A stretch of DNA of 63,608 bases, counting the filler, from Octopus bimaculoides (Eukaryota), in the NCBI RefSeq assembly GCF_001194135.2. It is 5 parts of 5 records of this genome, joined end to end, with 100 filler letters (N's around TTAATTAATTAA, not from the genome) between each part and the next. Parts side by side here need not be neighbours in the genome. Positions count along the whole stretch, not along the records: positions 34,417 to 63,608 come from NC_068984.1; 4 more parts are not named here. One strand, 5' to 3'. Positions within the stretch are counted from its first letter, which is position 1. Each line of letters starts with the position of its first letter. Position numbers and translations under genes: made by a program. The notes under the pieces are model-generated. The model saw only the letters and a list, made by a program, of their open reading frames with translations. It was not told the origin of the DNA and made no database searches. Shown piece by piece: positions 53,800 to 63,608 of this stretch.

Positions 53800-53991
53800 T
53801 AATCGAGGAACCCCATTGTCCGAGATTTCCCTGGAACCCCTAGAGCAATTGCCCTCTTCAATTCCTTCTCTCCGATTCACAGGTCTACACTTAGAGAGGT
53901 ACCTTCCACTCTTGGCATTTTAGCAAATTTCACCCACCTTTCAATAAACTCACTCGAGGACAACACTTCCCTCTCTCATTCTCAATTTCCT
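53800..53991 (-). mobile_element. Remnant 3' end (ORF2 C-terminus plus start of 3' UTR) of a related Tx1 copy
   Basis: EREVLSSSEFIERWVKFAKMPRVEGTSL vs EREVLTPPPTTFTKRWVNVAKIARVSGPTL at 49068-49200. Confidence 0.75.
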
Positions 53992-54052
53992 TGATAATAA
54001 TAGTAATAATGGTTATGATGGTGATTTTGGGGACAAAGTAGTCAAAAAGCGT

Positions 54053-54096
<44 letters not shown>

Positions 54097-54132
54097 GTAG
54101 AGATAGATAGATAGATAAACGACTTGACAGGA

Positions 54133-54135
<3 letters not shown>

Positions 54136-54195
<60 letters not shown>
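54136..54195. repeat. (GA)n microsatellite
   Basis: Read directly from the sequence. Confidence 0.97.
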
Positions 54196-54199
<4 letters not shown>

Positions 54200-54904
54200 A
54201 AATATGAAAGACAAACAGGCAGGCAGGCAGAGGCAGGAATGTCTTAGTGAATGTGGATGGGGCGGTGCTGATTATGTGTGTATATATTATATGCGAATAT
54301 TCTTGTGAAAATAAGACTACGAAAAGGTAAAGAAGGACAAGGAGGATTACAGAGAAACAGATATAACGAATGAGAGAGAGACAGGAATAGATAGGGAGTG
54401 AGAGAAATAGATAGAGAGAGAAAAGTGAACCGCGTAAAGAGACCCTGAGCGAGAGTAAAAAGCAAAAAATGACACAAAAAAGAACGCAATATAGATGTAG
54501 AAAAGGATTTAGCGGAGTAAAATGAAGATGTATGAAAAGAAGGTTAATACCTTGTTAGACCCCTAGAAATTGCACCTCCCATTCCGTTTATCTTAATTTT
54601 ATCTTAGATCCGACATACTATCACTAATGGTTTTGCACTAGATGATGCTCCCAAGGAACCAAATAGACTAGCTAACACCCCCCACCACCATCACTAATGT
54701 TTAGGGGGCTCCGCTTTCCTGTTGTAATGTACTTATTATATACCGAGCAAGTCGTTTATATGTATGCACGCGCGCGTTGCGTTTCTGTTAAAGTATGTGT
54801 GCATACATATGTATGTAAGTACGTATGCATAGATGGCTCTGTCTTCCATATGAGTGTGTGTGTGTTTGTGTGTGTTTGAGTGCTGTGTGGAGTAATTACA
54901 TTTG

Positions 54905-54939
<35 letters not shown>

Positions 54940-55986
54940 NNNNNNNNNNNNNNNNNNNNNNNNNNNNNNNNNNNNNNNNNNNNNNNNNNNNNNNNNNNNN
55001 NNNNNNNNNNNNNNNNNNNNNNNNNNNNNNNNNNNNNNNNNNNNNNNNNNNNNNNNNNNNNNNNNNNNNNNNNNNNNNNNNNNNNNNNNNNNNNNNNNNN
55101 NNNNNNNNNNNNNNNNNNNNNNNNNNNNNNNNNNNNNNNNNNNNNNNNNNNNNNNNNNNNNNNNNNNNNNNNNNNNNNNNNNNNNNNNNNNNNNNNNNNN
55201 NNNNNNNNNNNNNNNNNNNNNNNNNNNNNNNNNNNNNNNNNNNNNNNNNNNNNNNNNNNNNNNNNNNNNNNNNNNNNNNNNNNNNNNNNNNNNNNNNNNN
55301 NNNNNNNNNNNNNNNNNNNNNNNNNNNNNNNNNNNNNNNNNNNNNNNNNNNNNNNNNNNNNNNNNNNNNNNNNNNNNNNNNNNNNNNNNNNNNNNNNNNN
55401 NNNNNNNNNNNNNNNNNNNNNNNNNNNNNNNNNNNNNNNNNNNNNNNNNNNNNNNNNNNNNNNNNNNNNNNNNNNNNNNNNNNNNNNNNNNNNNNNNNNN
55501 NNNNNNNNNNNNNNNNNNNNNNNNNNNNNNNNNNNNNNNNNNNNNNNNNNNNNNNNNNNNNNNNNNNNNTATATATATATATATATATATATATATGTAA
55601 AGTGTGTGAATGTATGCAATGCACGGCCAGTAATCCTAATTCAAGCCTGTTCGAGTAAATTTATGATTAAGTATATTCCAGACATGACTATCACCTATTT
55701 TATCCATAAATAGTATTATTCACTACATGTTTCATACTTTTAATACAGTTGGGAGCGGTGTGAAGGAGAATTGTCTGCTGTTTCTCGCAGCTTGAACAAT
55801 CACATATTCATTCAAACGTTCCGGTGTGTGCTTGCGTGTGTGCGTGCGTGTGCGTGTGTGTGCATCCGTCCTTTTGTGTGCGTGAGTGACTGAGTGAGCG
55901 AGCGTGTGTGTGGTTCTTTTTCTTGTATTTGTGTAATGTAGAGCAGCAATCATCTACCTATTTTGCAGTACGAACCGGGATATACC

Positions 55987-56201
55987 CGAAGGATGTTAGG
56001 AAGTTCCTGCCTTTGGGTAAAAGAAGATACAGAAGGATCCGTTAATTGTGATTTTACTCAACCTATTCCCCTCTCAGATTCACACACTTATTGCAGCGGC
56101 CCTTCAGTTTTCCTAAGCCCTCTGAAAGAACTCGGAATGTTGGACTTTCAACCGAGCCTTTCGCGATACCCTTAAAGCCAGCAACTTTCAAGCACCCCCA
56201 C

Positions 56202-56203
<2 letters not shown>
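55987..56203. mobile_element. Probable mariner-derived MITE (degenerate TIRs)
   Basis: Left CGAAGGATGTTAGGAAGTTCCTGCCTTT vs right AAAGCCAGCAACTTTCAAGCACCCCCACG; partial inverted match. Confidence 0.45.
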
Positions 56204-56237
<34 letters not shown>

Positions 56238-57558
56238 TGTAGACAATTTCATCTTTTTATATGGCTTTAGCCACTTTGAAGCTAAAGTATCTTTATTCAC
56301 TGATGTTGGTAAGATGTGGTAGAATGGGAATTTGGTAGCTATTTCTAACAGATCGAGCGTGGAAACTCCTTCGTCGCTCGTTTACGAAATATTTATTGTA
56401 CAAGCAAAACATGGCCTTGAACTTCTGATATTTTCCTTCCCTGATTAAACACAAGACGGTGTCAATAGGCATTCCGACCGGAGAGAGACAGTTGACTCAG
56501 ACTGTGTCACCATCTAGTGTTGTGATGTGGCTATAATGGCTAAAACACTTTCTCTCAAATATTCCACTTGACTTTACTTTTTCTCAAAACTTCACTTCAT
56601 CCAGGTAGTGTAACATGCTTGTTGATTTTCTTGTTCTTTAAGTCAACCCTATTTTAGGCGGCTTCTTATCAATGGCGTTTCAGTTGTAACCATTTCGTCA
56701 GTTTTGAGACAAGGTATCTTGGACCAAATATTCTGTGTCCTTGTTTTTTCTTGTTTATTTATTTATTTATTTTTTAAGGACGTACTTCATATGAACATCT
56801 TGATGTTATTTATTAAATACTTTCTATCATTTCATCAGAATGTAATTTCAGGCAAGTTAGAAACAAGCTGTTTGTACAGAGTAAGACAATGTTTCAGCTT
56901 TTTTTTTTTTAGTGAAGCTAAATTAAACTGAGACAAATGCAATATAATTGAAGGCTGGGCTGTGTTAATGAACTGGGATTTAAATATTATTGGATGTTGA
57001 CTGTATCGAGGTTCCTAATCCTAAATGCTTTTGAGACACATTTGTACATCAACTTGGTTTAAATGAAGTCTTCCCCTCTCTCTTGAAGAGGGTAGAAGTT
57101 AAATATGTTTAAGTGATCCAATTAGTCTAAACCAGACATTTCCTTATTTGTTGCAATGATTAGCATCTCCGTAGAAATTGAATTCTCGATAAGCACCCTT
57201 TCTTTTAAGGGACCCCTAAGAAGCAACATTGCGAAAGCAGACTAGAACAGGGTCACATAAGCACAACTTCTTGATCAGAATGTTTTAAGTGTATATGTGT
57301 CCATGAATTTATTTCTTATGTGAGACTCTCCTTTTTAGATTTGTTTATTCACAATAGTTCTATTATCCTTAAGTTTATCTCATGCTCTAATGCAATGTTT
57401 TTCTAGAGGATCTAAGAAGATTGAAGAGGAGCAGGCAAATTGCCTTGTTTAAGATCGTTTAAAGTTTTAAAACTTCTCCAACACCATGACAACGTAAGAA
57501 GAATTATATGGATGCACATGCTATCCGGCTTTCTCATTAAAAAAGGAGGGGCAAAAAG

Positions 57559-57597
<39 letters not shown>

Positions 57598-59129
57598 AAG
57601 AACCGCTGCCATAAAAGATTTGAGAGAGAAAAGAGATTTTTGACTGGTTTACGTTGTGCTTCTTACAGGACAGGAGTAGTTCGAATTTACTTGTATTCAG
57701 TTGCAACTTCTACCTCAGACTATTTGATATTGAAAGAAGATTGTAATAAACAGTTGCTCACATAGCTTTTAATGTTTACATCGTTGTTGTTCTCGTTGCT
57801 TTGCAGTTTTGAAAAATCAGGTAATATTTGAGTTTTAATAGGTTGACCTGTATTCTACTGACATAAATAATGATGTTCCCTTGAGAAACACCACCCATGG
57901 ATGTAACCTAATTGCGGTATATTAAATTAAGATAACTTACTACACGAACTACTTTACCAGTTATTTAGTTTAAACGATGTTAGTGAAATTTTTCGTTGAA
58001 TGTCTTGTCCAAGTGACTGTGTGTGTAGATATATATATATATANNNNNNNNNNNNNNNNNNNNNNNNNNNNNNNNNNNNNNNNNNNNNNNNNNNNNNNNN
58101 NNNNNNNNNNNNNNNNNNNNNNNNNNNNNNNNNNNNNNNNNNNNNNNNNNNNNNNNNNNNNNNNNNNNNNNNNNNNNNNNNNNNNNNNNNNNNNNNNNNN
58201 NNNNNNNNNNNNNNNNNNNNNNNNNNNNNNNNNNNNNNNNNNNNNNNNNNNNNNNNNNNNNNNNNNNNNNNNNNNNNNNNNNNNNNNNNNNNNNNNNNNN
58301 NNNNNNNNNNNNNNNNNNNNNNNNNNNNNNNNNNNNNNNNNNNNNNNNNNNNNNNNNNNNNNNNNNNNNNNNNNNNNNNNNNNNNNNNNNNNNNNNNNNN
58401 NNNNNNNNNNNNNNNNNNNNNNNNNNNNNNNNNNNNNNNNNNNNNNNNNNNNNNNNNNNNNNNNNNNNNNNNNNNNNNNNNNNNNNNNNNNNNNNNNNNN
58501 NNNNNNNNNNNNNNNNNNNNNNNNNNNNNNNNNNNNNNNNNNNNNNNNNNNNNNNNNNNNNNNNNNNNNNNNNNNNNNNNNNNNNNNNNNNNNNNNNNNN
58601 NNNNNNNNNNNNNNNNNNNNNNNNNNNNNNNNNNNNNNNNNNNNNNNNNNNNNNNNNNNNNNNNNNNNNNNNNNNNNNNNNNNNNNNNNNNNNNNNNNNN
58701 NNNNNNNNNNNNNNNNNNNNNNNNNNNNNNNNNNNNNNNNNNNNNNNNNNNNNNNNNNNNNNNNNNNNNNNNNNNNNNNNNNNNNNNNNNNNNNNNNNNN
58801 NNNNNNNNNNNNNNNNNNNNNNNNNNNNNNNNNNNNNNNNNNNNNNNNNNNNNNNNNNNNNNNNNNNNNNNNNNNNNNNNNNNNNNNNNNNNNNNNNNNN
58901 NNNNNNNNNNNNNNNNNNNNNNNNNNNNNNNNNNNNNNNNNNNNNNNNNNNNNNNNNNNNNNNNNNNNNNGGGTGCATGTCTTCTTTCACTGTTTGTGAC
59001 TGTTCTAATTCAACTGTGGAATGTCCCTCGCTATGGTTATTTTCCAGGAGGTTCTAGAAAAAGTGTATCCTTGTTAGTGGAAAAAGTGTATCCTTGTTAG
59101 TGGAAAAAGTGTATCCTTTCAAACAGTTC

Positions 59130-60017
59130 GCCAAAGTTTGAACCAGTGTGGTCTTCATGGATGCATTCCTCGTAGGAAACTTCTTCTCACTACCAGACAT
59201 AAATCAAGCCGTCCTTCTTTTGACGAAACCTATGTGAATAAGGGGAAGGAGTTTGGGAATAAAATTCTTTTTTCTGACGCGACGGAAATCAACTTTGGGT
59301 CAGGTGGTGCCGACGACCAGGTGATAATAGCAACAATTGCACCGTGCCTACCGTGAAACACGGCGGTGGAAGTATTATGCTTTGGGGATGAAAGAGTGCA
59401 GCTGGTATTGGAGGACTCGCATTTATTGAGAGAACAATGGATTCAGGGCTTTATTGTGACATATTGCGGAAAACAATGTTGAAAGGTATCAAGGGACTAG
59501 GAAGACATTCCAAATTCCAACATGATAATGACACTGAACACACTTCAAAGATGATGATTAAGTTTTTACCTACCATGTCACCTGATTTAAACCCAATAGA
59601 ATATTTGTGGGGTGTTTTGAAAAGAAAGGTTGAGGAGAAAAAACCCCGCAATGTAACACAGTTGAAAGACATTATTTAGGATGAATGGAGGTTGATATCA
59701 TCGGTTATATGCGGAAACTTAGTCGACTCTATGCCCAGAAGACTTAATGCAGTCATTGAAAGCAAGGGCGGTCTCGCCAAATATTGAATATAGCAAATAA
59801 CCCTTTAGGGTGTACATACTTCTGTATCGTTTGAAAATTAATATTTCGTTCATATGTTTGAAAATGTTTTTTGTTTTATGTTCGAGATTTGTATAATGTT
59901 TGCCGGTATAATATATTTTATTCAGTAAAAAATTCGTTTGATTCCCTTCGATATTATCAGAGTAATGGTAATTTTACTGAAATTTTCTAGGGGTGTACAT
60001 ACTTCTGTGAGATACTG
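59130..60017 (+). mobile_element. Tc1-like transposon, 3' half with an IR/DR-type right end
   Basis: PRRKLLL, ILFSD, TVKHGGGSIMLWG, FQHDND..HTSK, SPDLNPIEYLW, LVDSMPRRLNAVI; DR GGGTGTACATACTTCTGT at 59808 and 59991; ends ...ACTG-TA. Confidence 0.92.
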
Positions 60018-60109
60018 TATATATATATGTATACATACATATATACATACATACATACATACATACAGAGATCATATAAGTATTTAAACCCTTTATTCGA
60101 GTATATATT

Positions 60110-60430
60110 TTCCTACGTGAATAAGTTAGGCAAGACACTCATATTAGATTTGGCTAAAGGAATTGATTTCGAAGTCACCAGTCATATTTGATATTATCAT
60201 TCTTTCATAAAGTTTAGTGAGATTTGATAAAAATGCCCTAATGCCTCTCTGATATTTTTAGGACTGACTTGTTTGGAAAGGAAAATGTCTGTATATAGCC
60301 AATGTCTCGAAAAGTGCGATAGAAGTTAATCTTAGAAGTATTGTTGATTGGAAACAATACAATTCTGCGATGTTTGTAGGGGATAGGAGTATATTCGCTA
60401 AGATTATTGGAGTTTAGTTGCAATGATTGG
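60110..60430 (-). pseudogene. Possible highly degenerate PLE linker/GIY-YIG remnant
   Basis: YTPIPY...F.INNT; NKSVL..H...H...DNIK.D..RNQF patterns; many stops. Confidence 0.3.
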
Positions 60431-60670
60431 GATCATTTTCTTGAAATACACTCTCACGCTATTTTTATCAAAGTTGATATCACAAAGAATTGTTTTAAAT
60501 GGTTTATAATCAAGAAAGATGAAGAGCACAATTTATAATTTTTATTTTCAGTGTCTTCGTGATTTGTGACGTATAGACCCTAACCCTAACCACAGCTCAT
60601 CGGTTGCTGTATTTGGAAACAGCGAGCTTACTCTCTTAGTTCGTATTGAATAAACTTGAGCCGTACAGTG

Positions 60671-61275
60671 GAGCAGTCCCCAAATTTTTGGTACCACTGA
60701 CCGGTGTCATGCTAAACAACTTTTCCATAGACCGGGATATCACATGCAAAAAAAACAAAAAAAGACAAAAAAAACAAAGTGCACAATATATAATTTAATT
60801 ATCACATATATAATACGTATCTATTATGATAACAAAACCAATGCCTGAATTAGACAGCACACGTGAGTCCACAACATTTTAGGAACCATTAAGAACAAAT
60901 ATAGACGGGCTGGTCACATCGAACGACTGAAGGACAACAGATGCACAATCAGGGTGACGGAAATGGACACCAAGGGAATGGACAAGATCAATAGGTCAAC
61001 CAAAAACAAGATGGTGAGATGATCTCACTTGCTACCTGGTGCCCACATGACCATAGCTGACCGGAGACAGACAAACAGCAGTGGAGAGACTTCAGGGAGG
61101 GGTTTCTCCTTCTGGAATGATGACATTGAGGTTGAGAATATATAATGTAAAACATACCGCAAACTGTGATAATCAATAAAATAGAAATTTTCAAAAATTA
61201 TTCTTTCTGTGCGGCCCGCTACCGACTGATCCATGGTCCGGTACTGGTCGGCGACCCGGTGGTTGGGGACATCTG
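60671..61275. mobile_element. hAT/Charlie (MER1-like) non-autonomous element
   Basis: Ends AGCAGTCCCCAAATTTTTGGTACC and GGTTGGGGACATCTG; GC-rich GCGGCCC...GGTCCGGTACTGGTC subterminal block; TSD not found. Confidence 0.55.
60890..61130 (+). mobile_element. RTE-clade LINE 3' fragment nested in the hAT element
   Basis: AGHIERLKDNR...TPREWTRSIGQPKTRW*DDL...QQWRDFREGF. Confidence 0.7.
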
Positions 61276-61814
61276 CTGTATAGCACCAGCTGCTGAATGT
61301 GTTCAAAAGTTAGGTAGCATATTTATTTATAGTTTCTCACTTTCTTTAGTTCTTTCTAGCTTTGATTGCTGTATCTATGTTTGTATATTTGAAATTCTTG
61401 ATACTATTTCTGAACGCTCAGACTTTTAAAAAAATTGTACTTACGTTTGGATTCATTATAGGGAAAGAGTTTCTCGATTTGAATACAAACGCCCTTTATG
61501 TCGTTTATTTAATGCTTATTTATTGATACCCTTCTCTCTCTCTCCCTCTCTCTCTCCNNNNNNNNNNNNNNNNNNNNNNNNNNNNNNNNNNNNNNNNNNN
61601 NNNNNNNNNNNNNNNNNNNNNNNNNNNNNNNNNNNNNNNNNNNNNNNNNNNNNNNNNNNNNNNNNNNNNNNNNNNNNNNNNNNNNNNNNNNNACAGTGAG
61701 AGAGAGGGAGAGAGAAAGAGGAGATGCGAGTAAGATAAACAGACAAATAGACATAGAGCTGAGCACTTAGACTTCCATACCTCTTACTGAATGTAAACAT
61801 CATTCACGTACACG

Positions 61815-61853
<39 letters not shown>

Positions 61854-62095
61854 CTGTGTGTGTGTATGTGTGTGTGCATGTATGTGTGCGTATTATTCAA
61901 CCCCTTAGAACCCACATTCAGTGTAAAAGGATCCTGCAAAGAATGTATGCTGGTCACACCCCCACCTCTTAATAAAGGCCTTGAAATAGAAACTAGGTGA
62001 ATTTTGAACCGAAGCATATGTTACACCTCCCTCTACGTATGCATAAATATATGTTTATATGTGAATACTCGCGTATACACTCAACACGTGCACAC

Positions 62096-62126
<31 letters not shown>

Positions 62127-63114
62127 TCATTCAGACGTTGATTTGTTTTTAAAATAGAAACAAGGGCTCTTGTTGAGGTGTCTATTACCGCAAAGTAAAA
62201 CTAGTCGTACACCCTTCTCTAACATCAATTGAAAGAAGCAACAGAGGAACCGCACGTATACGTAAAACCTGTAAGAAATAGCACTCAGATCTTCATCTTG
62301 CCTCCTACTTTCTTAAAGAAATTTCTCATTAGCTAACAGAGCCGTAATTATTTCTAAAAACTTAAATATTCTTGGATGGATTACTTTTAAGTATAGATTG
62401 ATTTGATCACCACCATAAACAATAATAAAATCCACATGACTATGTCTTCATGTGGGAATAACTTTTAAGAGTTGTCTGTTGGCACTAACATGTCTGTAGC
62501 TCAGTTTCAATTCCTAGTCGAACCAATTCACTTCACATGCGTTTAGAACATAACATAATATAAGCAGTGTTTAAAGTGAGCGTGTGTGCGGTCGCTCGCC
62601 CTAAGAGAAAACGCAGCCAAATTTTCATTAAATCCCACCCTAACATTTACTTTTTTTTTATCATTAAAAATGTGTGCTATAGATAACATAAATCCGAATA
62701 GACTATACTTGAAGAAAATAAACTTGATGGTCATAGGAGGAACTGCTCTGATCATAGGTATGCTTGATAAGAGCACAGCAACAATGTACACGGCATACAA
62801 ATCAGGTCATAATCAATAGAACCTACAAAAAAAAATGTATTCCACTTAATAAACTGCCTTGCTTTTCTGTATAATAGTTCAAGACACAGTGGAAAAGGAG
62901 AACGTACAACTGAATTATGAATAACAACGATATTCATAAGTTTTATTCTCGTTTCTAAAACTTTCCTTGTAATTACAGTTAAAGACTGTACGCTATTGAC
63001 TGTTGTTATTTTAACCCTAAGTCGGCCCTGAATAAAAAAAGTCTTGTGATCAAAGGTTTCCACTTATGATTATTACGATCTTCTGCATATCAAAATCTAC
63101 ATTCTCTAATTTAT

Positions 63115-63608
63115 TTACATTTGACGGATATTTGTCCTCATCTTGTTTGTTGTTAACACAACGTTTCGGCTGATATATCCTTCAGCCTTCATCAGATGTT
63201 TTGGAGAAATTTCGAACCTGGGTTCTCATTCCTAACGATGTTACTATTATTATATTATTATTATTAATCAGGTCGCTGCCGTGAATCGAACTCGGAATCT
63301 TGGGGTTAGTAGCCCGCGCTCTTTTCCACTACGCCATATGCCCGTGGACAATTATGGAGTGAATTTTAGGGCTTATAAATCTATTATTTTTCTATCCTTC
63401 TTCAATACCGGTTCCCATATGCTATTCATATCTACACTCGGTCTGCTTAGGAGGTTGTTGTGTCCTAGCATATGTGCTGCTTCTTTTAGTTTTCGTATTT
63501 TCCAGTGTTGTTCTCTGTCTATTATTTTAACTCCATCCCACAGGGGGAGGTGGTCTCCATTTTGCCATACATGATCAGCTATACCCGATTTATCAATATC
63601 TCCTCGTG
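63115..63608 (-). mobile_element. Penelope-like element (Poseidon-type) 3' end: open GIY-YIG C-terminus, tRNA-like cassette and hammerhead-like core
   Basis: 63606-63373 is an uninterrupted frame RGDIDKSGIADHVWQNGDHLPLWDGVKIIDREQHWKIRKLKEAAHM...WEPVL...*; tRNA-like 63271-63343; CTGATGA-A-GGCTGA/TCAGCC-GAAAC at 63195-63163. Confidence 0.85.

Noticed and set aside
62543-63063. Hydrophobic short ORFs with a T-rich acceptor-like site near 62822 (minus strand)
   Set aside because: No recognisable domain, and hydrophobicity is expected from T-rich sequence; needs RNA-seq.
63271-63343. Functional tRNA gene (apparent ACT anticodon)
   Set aside because: The anticodon stem has only 3 of 5 pairs and the acceptor stem is poor; treated as tRNA-derived.

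Overview
AT-rich, gene-poor eukaryotic draft sequence with roughly 9 kb of N gaps. The SINE/LINE families and dense (AT)n/(CA)n/(AAT)n microsatellites suggest a cephalopod (octopus-like) genome; this is inference. No host protein-coding gene, rRNA, intact tRNA or CRISPR array can be supported. Almost everything recognisable is transposon-derived: an internally deleted Gypsy (Mag-like) LTR element; R4/Dong-type RLE LINE fragments; CR1-type and RTE LINE fragments; an L1/Tx1 LINE interrupted by a FLYWCH-MULE that itself carries a 173-bp hairpin; several Penelope-like element (PLE) pieces; Tc1/mariner remnants; MITEs; and three tRNA-derived SINE families. Four artificial 44N-TTAATTAATTAA-44N linkers show the window is at least five concatenated scaffolds. 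The most unusual structures are: (1) a PLE 3' end followed by a tRNA-like Pol III cassette and a hammerhead-like core (63115-63608); (2) tandem 28-bp PBS hairpin units after both Gypsy LTRs; (3) a Tx1 element preceded by a homologue of its own 3' end. None of these is proven novel without database searches.
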